From Alphaproteobacteria bacterium (GTDB lineage Bacteria > Pseudomonadota > Alphaproteobacteria > RF32 > CAG-239), in contig JAFYFJ010000020.1 in NCBI GenBank assembly GCA_017543835.1, positions 36,027 to 100,026 of the forward strand: a DNA stretch of 64,000 nucleotides, written 5' to 3'. A program made the translations under genes and the position numbers. Position 1 is the first letter of the stretch. Each line of letters begins with the position of its first letter. Shown in pieces: positions 20,042 to 29,500 of this stretch. The notes below the pieces were generated by a model. It saw only the letters and a program-made list of their open reading frames with translations, did not search any database and was not told the origin of the DNA.

Positions 20042-21021
20042 TGCAAAAAATTATTCCGCAAAAATTGCAAAAAGGCGATAAAATTATGGTGGTCGCACCG
20101 TCACGCGGCTTAAAACTCATCGGGCCGGACTGCCGCGAAATCGCGCTCAAACGCTTTCAGGATATGGGGCTGACGGTTGAATTTGCGCCGAATACGACCG
20201 ACGAAAACTGGAATATGCAGGGTTGCGGCTCAATCGAACAACGCGCCGCCGACATTATGACGGCTTTCAAAGATAAGTCGGTTAAGGCGATTTTTACGGT
20301 TATCGGCGGGTTTAACTCTAATCAGATTTTGGCGCATTTGGATTATGATGTAATTAAGGCAAATTCAAAGATTATTTGCGGCTTTTCCGATATTACCGCT
20401 TTGTTGGACGCCATTACCGCGCGCACTGGGTTACAAACCTATTACGGCCCGCATTTCAGCTCTGTCGGTATGAAAAAAGGTTGCGAATATACGCTCGATT
20501 ATCTGCAGAAAATGCTGTTTTCCGACGCACCGACAGAAGTGAAACCATCGGCCGAGTGGAGTGACGATTTATGGTTTTTAGACCAAGATAAGCGCGAATT
20601 TATCAAGAACGACGGCTATTGGAATATTCACAACGGCAGCGCCAAAGGCACGATTGTCGGCGGCAATTTATGCACCTTTAATCTGCTTTTGGGCACGCCG
20701 TATCGGCCGGAATTTCCTTTGAATACGATTTTGATGATAGAAGACGATTCGGGCTCAAACGGTGTGATTTTTGACCGCAATTTGCAGGCATTGTGTCATC
20801 AACCGGATTTCAAAAATGTAAAAGGTATGGTCATCGGGCGCTTCCAAAAGGGTTCGGAAATATCGCGCGAGATGTTGGAGTTTATCATCAACAACAAGCC
20901 GGAGCTCAAAGATATGCCGGTGTTGGCAAATGTCGATTACGGACACTCGACGCCGATTATCACGATTCCGCTCGGCGGCACCGCAACAATAGATAACGGC
21001 AAGTTGACCATCGAAAAATAG
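20041..21021 (+). CDS. S66-family LD-carboxypeptidase (LdcA/MccF-like)
   Basis: GFSDITAL nucleophile motif and a C-terminal DYGHSTP His motif. TAATG overlap with queH. Confidence 0.8.
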   Translation: MQKIIPQKLQKGDKIMVVAPSRGLKLIGPDCREIALKRFQDMGLTVEFAPNTTDENWNMQGCGSIEQRAADIMTAFKDKSVKAIFTVIGGFNSNQILAHLDYDVIKANSKIICGFSDITALLDAITARTGLQTYYGPHFSSVGMKKGCEYTLDYLQKMLFSDAPTEVKPSAEWSDDLWFLDQDKREFIKNDGYWNIHNGSAKGTIVGGNLCTFNLLLGTPYRPEFPLNTILMIEDDSGSNGVIFDRNLQALCHQPDFKNVKGMVIGRFQKGSEISREMLEFIINNKPELKDMPVLANVDYGHSTPIITIPLGGTATIDNGKLTIEK

Positions 21022-21022
21022 T

Positions 21023-22978
21023 TTAACTCAGTTGGGTTTTATAAAGTGCGGCATATTCGCCGTCTTGCGCAAGCAATTCGTCGTGTGTGCCGCGCTCGGA
21101 TATATTACCGTTGTTCAAAACAACGATGCAGTCGGCGTTGCGCACGGTCGAAAGACGATGGGCAATAACCAAAACGGTGCGGTCTTTCATCAAATTATCA
21201 ATGGCCTGCTGCACAATTTTTTCCGATTTGTTATCGAGCGCCGAAGTTGCTTCGTCCAAAATCAGAATCGGCGCATTTTTAATAAACGCCCGTGCGATAG
21301 CGATTCGTTGCTTTTGTCCGCCCGAAACCAAAACGCCGCGCTCGCCGATTTCGGTATCCAAACCCTTATCGAGTGTGCCGACAAATTCATCGAGGCAAGC
21401 GGCTTTCAGCACTTCTTGCAAACGCTCTTCCGAAACATCGGTGCGGCCGAGCAAAATATTTTCTCTGATGGTGCCGCCAAACAGAAAGTTATCCTGAAAA
21501 ACAACGGCAATATTGCTACGCAAACTCTCCAAATCGATGTCGCGGATATCCGTGCCGTCAATGGTAATCGCGCCGTCGTTCACATCATAAAAGCGCGGCA
21601 ACAAAGCCGAAACGGTCGATTTCCCGCCGCCCGAATTACCGACCAACGCAATAGTTTGTCCGGCATTGATTTTTAAGTTTATCTTTTTTAAGACTTTCTT
21701 TTTGCCGTTATAGGAGAACGAAACATTTTTATATTCGATATTGCCGGCGCAATTTGTGAGCGGCTTGGCATCCGGCCTGTTTTGAATTTTGTTGGTTGAT
21801 TCGAGTTGTGCAAACACGCGTTCGCCCGCCATTAGCGCAACAACAATGCCGCTGGCGTTGTTGCCTATGGATTTGAGCGGGTTATAAAGCATAACGAGCG
21901 AAGTGATAAACGAGGCAAAGTTACCGACGGTTATCTGATGACTGATAATCAAATAGCTGCCGTACCATATTACAAACGCAATTCCGAAAGACGAAATCGT
22001 ATGCATAATCGGCGAAACGATGGCAGTTTTGGTCGTCATTTGCTGGCGCATATTGAAGATGCTCTCGATTGTATCCGCAAAATATCGGCGATAGCGGTCA
22101 AAAAGATTATACGCGCTGACAATGCGGTTGCTGCTGAACACTTCGTTATAATAGCGCATTGACTGAGCCGTTCCGCTCACATCCATCGCCACCACTTTTT
22201 TAAGCCGTTTTTTGACACGCGTCAGCGGTAAGAGTGCGCCAAATAGCACAATCGATGCTACCACAGCCAGTTTCCACGAGTTGTAGAACAACACGATAAG
22301 CAGTGAAACCGACGAGAAGAAGCGCGTCGAAAACAACCGCAAACTGCTGAGCAAACCGCTGCAGGCAGATTCGGCATCGCGGTTGAAACGCAACAAAACC
22401 GTGCCGGAATCGGTGGAATCGAAAAAGGCGGCTTCGCGATGAATCAGGTTGTTAAACAAGGTGCGTTTCAAATCGAGCGCAATTTTTTGCCCGACCCAAG
22501 TGTTTAAATATGTCGCCAAATAAGTGAACAAGGCCTGTAAAACGCTGAAAACGACAATCATCAGCGGAATATACATGGTCCAGCCGCCTTGCTTTTCTAT
22601 CAAAACAACATCCATAAACGGCTTGAGCGACCACGCAATAACGGCATCCATCGCCCCAATCGGAATGGTAATCACAATCGCGACAAGCAAACGAAACCAA
22701 TACGGCTTGACGTATGGCAACATTTGAGCATAGCTTTTGAAAGACTGATTTTTAAGCAGATTTTGCAAAAGGACGCGCCGCAACACAAACAAAATACCGC
22801 CGACACCCCACAGCGCCAAAATACATGTTGCGATAATCCAAAAATTGTGCCAGACAATGCTGCGGTGCTGAATATCCCAAACATTCGGCGATTCGGTTAT
22901 GCTCCAAAACCGATATGTTGCGCCGAATATCAATAAACAGCTACCGATAAATGCTGCCGAAATCTTTAGTATTTTCAT
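21023..22978 (-). CDS. ABC exporter, fused permease/ATPase (MsbA-like) with an N-terminal extension
   Basis: Walker A GNSGGGKST, signature VSGGQKQR, Walker B ILILDEATSALD. The ATG at 22978 (AGGGAA RBS) is preferred over TTG at 23002. Confidence 0.88.
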   Translation of the reverse strand: MKILKISAAFIGSCLLIFGATYRFWSITESPNVWDIQHRSIVWHNFWIIATCILALWGVGGILFVLRRVLLQNLLKNQSFKSYAQMLPYVKPYWFRLLVAIVITIPIGAMDAVIAWSLKPFMDVVLIEKQGGWTMYIPLMIVVFSVLQALFTYLATYLNTWVGQKIALDLKRTLFNNLIHREAAFFDSTDSGTVLLRFNRDAESACSGLLSSLRLFSTRFFSSVSLLIVLFYNSWKLAVVASIVLFGALLPLTRVKKRLKKVVAMDVSGTAQSMRYYNEVFSSNRIVSAYNLFDRYRRYFADTIESIFNMRQQMTTKTAIVSPIMHTISSFGIAFVIWYGSYLIISHQITVGNFASFITSLVMLYNPLKSIGNNASGIVVALMAGERVFAQLESTNKIQNRPDAKPLTNCAGNIEYKNVSFSYNGKKKVLKKINLKINAGQTIALVGNSGGGKSTVSALLPRFYDVNDGAITIDGTDIRDIDLESLRSNIAVVFQDNFLFGGTIRENILLGRTDVSEERLQEVLKAACLDEFVGTLDKGLDTEIGERGVLVSGGQKQRIAIARAFIKNAPILILDEATSALDNKSEKIVQQAIDNLMKDRTVLVIAHRLSTVRNADCIVVLNNGNISERGTHDELLAQDGEYAALYKTQLS

Positions 22979-23126
22979 TGCGTTCCCTATAAACTGAGCC
23001 AAATATAAAATATTTTTCGCAAACTGACAATATTTAAGTTTTTAATCATTGCATAATTTTTGTGGAAATTTAAAATAAATTCGTTATATTGATTACAATA
23101 TGATATTTTAGACAAGGAGAATAATT

Positions 23127-24104
23127 ATGACGCGAATTAACGACGAAAACGAATTTTACTCGGATATTTTCATTACACCGGAGAAGATGGTGTTTGTGCC
23201 GGAAAAACGCACGGCATGCGGCTTAAAGCAAATCGAACCGGACGATTTTGATTCGTTTTACGATTTGTTGGAACGTTCGTATAAAGGAAAATCCAGTTAT
23301 TCGATTATTTATGAAGGATACTTTTTCCGTGTTGAGCGCACGGTTTCAATGTATGGCGTAATGTATTGTATGCGTAAAATGCCGAAGAAGGTGCCGGATT
23401 TGAACTCACTCGGTTATCCGCCGGCTTTGGTTAACTTTTTATCGACGCTCGGTAATGCCTGCGGACTTTTGTTGCTCGGCGGTGCAACCGGTTCCGGTAA
23501 AACAACGACAATTTCCAGCTTGCTCCGTGAATATTTGATTAGAAACGGCGGTTTTGCGTATACGATTGAAGACCCGTTTGAAATGCCGCTTGACGGTGAA
23601 TATCGGGCGGTTAACGGTTCAATCGGCGTATGCAAACAAACACAGCCGATTAACGATGACTGGGGCGCATCATTGCGCTCGGCCTTGCGTTCACGCCCGC
23701 GTTATATTATGGTCGGCGAAATCAGAACACCGGCAACCGCCAGCCAATGCTTGCGCGCCGCAACCTCAGGCCACTTGGTGCTTTCCACCATTCACGCCAA
23801 CAACGTGGCCGATGCCATCGACGCTATCGTGAAGCACGCTTCCGCCGGCGAAATGAGTGAAGAATTGGCCTTCGACTTGCTGTCACGCGGTGTTTTGGGC
23901 GTTATTCACCAACAACTCGTCGGCACGGGGCAAAAACGTCCGGTGGTGGAATATGTGTTTGCAAACCCGAATACGACAATGGGTGACCAAACGCGTAACA
24001 TTATTAAAACCGGAAAGATTAACCTTGCAACCACAATCGAAATGCAGATGACGCGTATGATGCAAGGTCGTCCGTTGTTTGACGCGGTAGATGCCAAAAA
24101 ATAA
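23127..24104 (+). CDS. PilT/DotB(TraJ)-family hexameric secretion ATPase
   Basis: 325 aa. Walker A GGATGSGKTTT, Asp box/Walker B YIMVGEIR, His box LVLSTIHANN. No N-terminal GspE-type domain, so it is PilT-sized. Confidence 0.75.
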   Translation: MTRINDENEFYSDIFITPEKMVFVPEKRTACGLKQIEPDDFDSFYDLLERSYKGKSSYSIIYEGYFFRVERTVSMYGVMYCMRKMPKKVPDLNSLGYPPALVNFLSTLGNACGLLLLGGATGSGKTTTISSLLREYLIRNGGFAYTIEDPFEMPLDGEYRAVNGSIGVCKQTQPINDDWGASLRSALRSRPRYIMVGEIRTPATASQCLRAATSGHLVLSTIHANNVADAIDAIVKHASAGEMSEELAFDLLSRGVLGVIHQQLVGTGQKRPVVEYVFANPNTTMGDQTRNIIKTGKINLATTIEMQMTRMMQGRPLFDAVDAKK

Positions 24105-24127
24105 TTTCCATTGAAGCGTATAAAAAA

Positions 24128-24151
24128 ACGTCGACCGCTGAAAGTCGACGT
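24128..24151. terminator. bidirectional intrinsic terminator
   Basis: acgtcgac-cgctgaaa-gtcgacgt flanked by A7 and T5, between the convergent ATPase gene and the pil operon. Confidence 0.75.
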
Positions 24152-24173
24152 TTTTAATTTACAAAAATTCAAA

Positions 24174-24722
24174 TTATTGAAAAGTCCAAATCAACGTATT
24201 ATCCGTCGGTTGACACAACCCGCGTGTTGCGTAGTGCTTGATTGGCAGCGGATTATCGCCGCCCCAGTCAAACTCCGTAATAATATCATCGCTGATGATG
24301 GTAATTTTTTGCAAACCGAGCTGTTGCGATTTGGTCACCGCAAGTTCGCTCAAATTAATGCACGCCGATTTGCTCAAATTTTGCAACGCAATATCAAAGC
24401 TGTTATTGTTCGGCATAGACACATCGCCGTTTTTGCCCTGACCGATTTTTAAGGTAAAATCTTTGTTTTTGAGCAATTCGGCAACAATCAGACCGTCTGC
24501 CTCGGCTGTTTCGGTCGAAAGCTTCCAATAATTCGGCTGGTCGCGATAATAGTTGCGGATATTTTCTGCCGTTTTGAATATTTGACTATGCAAGTCTTGG
24601 TGCGGATTATGAAACAGCACATAACTCAATGTAATCACGGCGGCCAGCAGGCAAATCGCCAAAGCGACGCCGCTGAAGCTTACGGATTTGACATTTTTGA
24701 GATTTATGTGCAGTTTCTTCAT
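24174..24722 (-). CDS. putative type IVb pilin-like protein (PilS position), non-canonical leader
   Basis: The ATG at 24722 lies 1 nt after the pilR-like stop. MKKLHINLKNVKSVSFSG|VALAICLLAAVITLSYVLF is a basic leader ending in Gly followed by a hydrophobic helix. Two C-terminal Cys residues. Sits in the pilS position, but has no Glu5 and no canonical prepilin motif. Confidence 0.4.
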   Translation of the reverse strand: MKKLHINLKNVKSVSFSGVALAICLLAAVITLSYVLFHNPHQDLHSQIFKTAENIRNYYRDQPNYWKLSTETAEADGLIVAELLKNKDFTLKIGQGKNGDVSMPNNNSFDIALQNLSKSACINLSELAVTKSQQLGLQKITIISDDIITEFDWGGDNPLPIKHYATRGLCQPTDNTLIWTFQ

Positions 24723-24723
24723 C

Positions 24724-25845
24724 TTATGCCTTACCCATGTTGCTGGTAATTTGGTCTTGCATATCGAATGTGCCGAACACGGCCCAAGCAATAATACTGG
24801 CCACAAACAGCAACGCAAATGCGTTCATGACCTCGGCTCTTTGTTCAATCATATAAACCGAATCTTCAAGCCATTCGTTTGCAAGTTTATCCAAGGCCTC
24901 TTCAAAGTTATCCAATTCGGAATAAACTTTAAGGTCGGCAATAATCTGTTTATCCGGAAATTCGTGGCCGGCTTTACCCAAGGCCTGTCCCAAGTTATCA
25001 CCGTTTTTGATGTGGAACAAAGCACCGTCGATACGCTCGGTCAAATAGCGGCTGGCATCTTTTTTAAGCGATGACAACGCGAGCGAAACCGGCACGCCGC
25101 CCTTAACCAATGCGGACAAAGCCAACAACCAGGTAATACCGGTAAAAATCTTATAAAGCGACCAAGGCGGTGCGCGGTCGAATTTGACGCGGACTTTACC
25201 GGTCCAATAACCGATGGTGGAATAAATAATCAAACCGAGAACCGGAAAGAAGGCAAATGCCAACGGCCAGTTCTTTTGAATCCAAGTCGAGAGGTCAACC
25301 AAGCTTTTCGCCGTTCCGGTCCAAATCGTGTTCGGAGCGGCACTGAGCATCGGCGGCACCATGTAAACACCGATGGCGTAAACGATTAACACCGACATCA
25401 TCAACAAGAATGACGGGTAGGTAATGGCGCTGACAATCGGTCGAATCATACGGGTCGAGCCCTCGCACACCTTAATCAAGTTTAATAAAGCACTTTCCAA
25501 ATCCGCGACATCGCCCACCGAAAGCATCAAGCGCTCACGGTCCGGCGCCCAACCTTTTAAGGCCTCGGAAAACGGATGACCTTCACGCAACGAACGTCCC
25601 CACGCGCTGATGGCAATACCGATTGGCTCATTCGGATGTTGTCCTTCTTCGGTAATACTGTTATAAATCATATCAAGCGCGTTCATCAAAGAAAATCGGT
25701 TGCGCAACAACGATGCCAACTTACGATAGATTTGCAAACGTCTTTTGTTTGACATATTGCAAATAAATTTGGCATACGTCAGCATCCATTTGTTTGTTGT
25801 TCCCATGGCGCGATTAAAGGCGCTTTTCTTTTCTACTTGAGGCAT
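24724..25845 (-). CDS. pilR: type IV pilus/T2SS platform protein (GspF/PilC family; R64 PilR-like)
   Basis: 373 aa with three TM segments and two GspF-like cytoplasmic repeats. Directly downstream of the GspE-type ATPase. Confidence 0.8.
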   Translation of the reverse strand: MPQVEKKSAFNRAMGTTNKWMLTYAKFICNMSNKRRLQIYRKLASLLRNRFSLMNALDMIYNSITEEGQHPNEPIGIAISAWGRSLREGHPFSEALKGWAPDRERLMLSVGDVADLESALLNLIKVCEGSTRMIRPIVSAITYPSFLLMMSVLIVYAIGVYMVPPMLSAAPNTIWTGTAKSLVDLSTWIQKNWPLAFAFFPVLGLIIYSTIGYWTGKVRVKFDRAPPWSLYKIFTGITWLLALSALVKGGVPVSLALSSLKKDASRYLTERIDGALFHIKNGDNLGQALGKAGHEFPDKQIIADLKVYSELDNFEEALDKLANEWLEDSVYMIEQRAEVMNAFALLFVASIIAWAVFGTFDMQDQITSNMGKA

Positions 25846-25855
25846 CGTTCTTCTC

Positions 25856-27592
25856 CTAATATGTCGGACATTGGTCTAACAAGCCGCACCAACGCTCGAC
25901 CTCATCTAAGTCGATATATCCCTTGAGCATACGCTCGATAGCGGCCTCACGCAAAGGACGACCGTTAAGTTCACTTACCCAATAGTCGATGGCATCTTTG
26001 GTATCGCCGCTGAGCATCAGCCGCAAGAAGTGACCGTCCGGCAAAATAATTTCCGGCACCGACATACGGCCGATAACGCCTTTATTGCCGCAGAATTTGC
26101 AACCCGGACCGCGCACAAATGTGTTTTCGACCCCGAAATCGCCGAGAGCGATTTGCAGGCGCTTAAACGACGGGTCGGACATTCTTTCCTTTACCGGTTG
26201 CCGACAATAAGGGCAAATTTTTCTGAACAAACGTTGCGAAATCAAGCCCTTCATAATTTCCGGGTCTTCCAACATATACGGCTGAATACCCATATCGCGC
26301 AGACGGGTAATAATTGCCGGCGCCGAGTTGGCGTGCAATGTGGTCCACACGCTGTGGCCGGAAAGCGCGCCTCTGAACACCAGATTCGCGGCAGAAAGGG
26401 TTCGAATTTCACCGACCATAATCACATCAGGGTCGGAACGGAGAGCGGCCGACAATGCTTTGTTGAACGCATCGTCCTTTTCTTCTTCGGTAGAAGCGTT
26501 GGTCACCGGCATTTGCCGCGCGCCCGGAATCGGATACTCCGGCGGGTCTTCCACCGTCAAAACGTTGACTTCGCTTTGATGCTCCTGCAACAACTTAATC
26601 ATGTTGCGTTGCAGGGTTGTTGATTTACCGGAACCGGTCGGACCGGCAATAACTTTCAAGCCGGTTGCGCTGGCACGCAAACGGTAGAACAAATCTAACT
26701 CACGGTCACCTAACCCGAGCGAACGTAAATCGCCGTCGCCGTTCGGATTATCGGAGGCATAAAGCAAACGCATAACCAAATATTGCGAGCCGAATGCCAC
26801 CGGGTTAAATTGAAGACGAATAGCCAAGACGTTATGCGGCAGACGCAACTTGCCGTTGGTGCCGCGCAATGGTGTCGAACCTAATTTTTGCGCGCCTTGG
26901 AATTCGTTTTGCGCATAGTTCGCATCGGAAATATCTGCCGACGCAAAGGCCGCACGCACAAACGCTTCGCCCCATTCCTTTGAATATTCAAGTTCACGTT
27001 CCATCATACCGCTGGAACGGAAATAAACCAAGGTCGAATTGGCAACAATAACGTGAATATCCGAAACTTTATGCATTGCCGCACGGCTGATAACGCTCAA
27101 GAAGTCGATTTGCATCTGATAATCGGATGCTTCTTCGGCCGAAACCTGAATCTGTCCCTGTCCGCGTTCGGCATAAGCGTATAAGGCCACAATCTCCGAT
27201 GCGGAAACATAACGCGGGTCGGCAATGCGGATTTTACGACGACGCGCCAGAGCCGCAAAGTTCAAAACCTTACCGTCAAAGCGGTGGCTTTCGTCGACCA
27301 AATAAGTGCCGTCGGAAAACAGCGCCAACATCCGTCGTGTTTCGTCATCAACAACCAGCTCGCCGCCTTCCATCGTCAACAAACGGTTGTCGTTAGAAAA
27401 CAGAAGTTGGAACATATTGTTTTGGGCTTGTGTTAAGCCGGCATCGGAATCTTCAATATCTCCGCTTCGTGCTACTTTAAGAGCATTTTTTTCTTCGGCA
27501 GGCGGTTTTTGACCGGCAGAAACGGCAAGAGCGCCGGATGATGAATCCGGCTTTCCTGCCTCTGTTTGTGCTGTCAAATTCTCCTCAACCAT
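25856..27592 (-). CDS. pilQ: GspE/PilB-family assembly ATPase (R64 PilQ-like)
   Basis: Walker A GPTGSGKSTT, VIMVGEIR, His box VWTTLHANS, tetracysteine motif CPYC...CKFC. Confidence 0.9.
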   Translation of the reverse strand: MVEENLTAQTEAGKPDSSSGALAVSAGQKPPAEEKNALKVARSGDIEDSDAGLTQAQNNMFQLLFSNDNRLLTMEGGELVVDDETRRMLALFSDGTYLVDESHRFDGKVLNFAALARRRKIRIADPRYVSASEIVALYAYAERGQGQIQVSAEEASDYQMQIDFLSVISRAAMHKVSDIHVIVANSTLVYFRSSGMMERELEYSKEWGEAFVRAAFASADISDANYAQNEFQGAQKLGSTPLRGTNGKLRLPHNVLAIRLQFNPVAFGSQYLVMRLLYASDNPNGDGDLRSLGLGDRELDLFYRLRASATGLKVIAGPTGSGKSTTLQRNMIKLLQEHQSEVNVLTVEDPPEYPIPGARQMPVTNASTEEEKDDAFNKALSAALRSDPDVIMVGEIRTLSAANLVFRGALSGHSVWTTLHANSAPAIITRLRDMGIQPYMLEDPEIMKGLISQRLFRKICPYCRQPVKERMSDPSFKRLQIALGDFGVENTFVRGPGCKFCGNKGVIGRMSVPEIILPDGHFLRLMLSGDTKDAIDYWVSELNGRPLREAAIERMLKGYIDLDEVERWCGLLDQCPTY

Positions 27593-27613
27593 AGGCCGTT
27601 CTCTGTTTTTTCG

Positions 27614-29500
27614 CTATTTACCCGCACTCATCCCAAAAGAAAATCCGGTTTCTTTTGAATGTTTGGATGAACTCGAAGACTTACTGACCGCCGGAGCCGC
27701 TTTCGGAGCCGCTTTCGGTGCGGCTGCCGGAGCAGAGGATGTTCCCTTTGTCTGCTTATCCGACTTGTTGTCGTTTTTCGCGGATGAATTATCTCTGCGA
27801 ACCGGCTCAATCGGGTCAAAGAAATCTTCCGAGCTGTCGTTAAATGTCGCTTCCGGCTCATATTCGCGAATACCGCCGCCGGTGTAGAGATAGCTCTTGA
27901 TACCTTTGTTTTCAAACAAGATGTATGTATCCGTAATTGCCGTTACGATTTCGCCGCCTTTGAGCATCGAACCGCGGTGAACCGTAAAGGTCTTGCCGTC
28001 AATACTCACGAGTTTGGCAACAATTTCATCACCTTGACCGGTAATATCCAAAATCGCGTATTCGTGCGACAAATCCACATCAACTTGTGACGGAACACCG
28101 GTGCCGTCGAGGTTTTCGCCTTCAGCCAAACCGGCTTCACCGGCTTCGCGGCAAGCTCTGAGTTGTTCTTCGCGGTCGGCAATAACCGTTTGCAAATCAG
28201 CAATTTTATCGCGCAAAGAGTTAATGGTGATAAAGTGCTCTTGAACTGCGGCAATAACGTGCTTCTTCAAGATTTCGAGATATTTCGTAATATCGCCGAG
28301 CTTATCCTTAAAGTCGTTAATCAAAGCAACGCGTTCGTCTTCCAATTCGTGAATACGATTTTGCAGTTTGGCATTTTCATCAATCCATTTTTGATTCATG
28401 AGCAACATTTCGTTCATATAATCGTTGATGACTTTGGCTTGTCTGAGTTTTTCGAGCTCCATTTCGCGCTCTTTAAGCTTTCTTTGCTCTTCCAAAATCT
28501 TGGCCTGACGTTCCGCTTCGGCATTTTTCAGCTTTTCTTCATAAGCGCGGCGACGTTCGATTTCTTCTTGCATGGCGCGCAGACGAGCGGTACGCAAAGC
28601 AATAACTTTGTTTTTCAATTCTTCACGTTTATATTCCAAACGCAATAAGGTCGTTTGCTTTTCAATGGTCGACATCTTGTTGAACAAGCTGTTATCAACC
28701 TTTGAAAGAATCGCATTACCGAAGTTTTCGAGCGGTGATTTTGATGCATCAGCCGCCGGTGCATTTTCGTCTTTTGCCCCTTCCGGACTCAACTCATCTC
28801 CGGCACCCGCAGAGAACGGGTCAGACGGTGCAACGCCCGGTTTTGCGGCACCTGCCGGTGCATTGGTCCCTGCCGGCGCATTGGCATTAGCGTTGGCATT
28901 GGCTCCGGAGCCGGCATTTGCATTGGCATTATCCGCATTTTGCGGGGCGTTCTGAGCTTTTTCCGACGGTAATTTACCGCCCGGAACCGGTTGTGCTTTT
29001 TTCATCGATTCGGTCAATTCCGTCAGCTCATTCGGACGTTTATCTTCAAGAAACTCCAATTCTTTGTCAATGGAATTAGCCATACTGATGGCATTTGTAT
29101 CTTCCAAATCGGCATTGAGCGCCTGAAGCTCCTCTTTAACCGCGGCGATTTCCGAATCCAGTTCTTTCAAGCTTTCCATCGCTTTCTTTTCTTCGGCATC
29201 GATGGCCGCAATATTCTTTTGGGCACGTTCCTCGGCTGCAGCGACTTTATCTTGCGCTTCTTGAACAACCTTATCGATTTCGGCTTGCGAAACCTCAGAC
29301 GGTTTTTGAGCCGCTTCCGCTGTTTTTTGAGCCGCATCTTCTGCTTTTTGAGCAGTTTGAGCCGCTTTTTGAGCAGTTTCTGCAACCGGCGCTGTTGACA
29401 AAGAAGGCGCATCTGCGGCAAAACCGATTTTTGCCGGCATCGTAACGGCGAATAATAACGCTATTATGACTAAAGTTTTATTTTTGAGATTACAATTCAT
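27614..29500 (-). CDS. PilP-like pilus biogenesis protein with a large coiled-coil and low-complexity expansion
   Basis: Signal peptide, ~350 aa of heptad-like E/K/A/Q sequence, and an (NA)n/PAG tract. The C-terminal segment YAILDITGQGDEIVAKLVSIDGKTFTVHRGSMLKGGEIVTAITDTYILF resembles the R64-type PilP / GspC-HR beta domain. Sits in the pilP position. Confidence 0.5.
   Translation of the reverse strand: MNCNLKNKTLVIIALLFAVTMPAKIGFAADAPSLSTAPVAETAQKAAQTAQKAEDAAQKTAEAAQKPSEVSQAEIDKVVQEAQDKVAAAEERAQKNIAAIDAEEKKAMESLKELDSEIAAVKEELQALNADLEDTNAISMANSIDKELEFLEDKRPNELTELTESMKKAQPVPGGKLPSEKAQNAPQNADNANANAGSGANANANANAPAGTNAPAGAAKPGVAPSDPFSAGAGDELSPEGAKDENAPAADASKSPLENFGNAILSKVDNSLFNKMSTIEKQTTLLRLEYKREELKNKVIALRTARLRAMQEEIERRRAYEEKLKNAEAERQAKILEEQRKLKEREMELEKLRQAKVINDYMNEMLLMNQKWIDENAKLQNRIHELEDERVALINDFKDKLGDITKYLEILKKHVIAAVQEHFITINSLRDKIADLQTVIADREEQLRACREAGEAGLAEGENLDGTGVPSQVDVDLSHEYAILDITGQGDEIVAKLVSIDGKTFTVHRGSMLKGGEIVTAITDTYILFENKGIKSYLYTGGGIREYEPEATFNDSSEDFFDPIEPVRRDNSSAKNDNKSDKQTKGTSSAPAAAPKAAPKAAPAVSKSSSSSKHSKETGFSFGMSAGK

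Noticed and set aside
16662-21021. uvrA-queH-LD-carboxypeptidase translational coupling (GTGA and TAATG overlaps) as a functional module.
   Set aside because: The three functions are unrelated and all are standard housekeeping genes. The tight packing is most simply explained by a compact genome, and nothing else is anomalous.
28878-28935. GCATTG hexanucleotide microsatellite as a non-coding repeat or phase-variation switch.
   Set aside because: It is in frame, encoding (Asn-Ala)n inside the PilP-like ORF. A 6-nt unit cannot cause frameshift phase variation, only length change. It is noted under the PilP-like finding instead.
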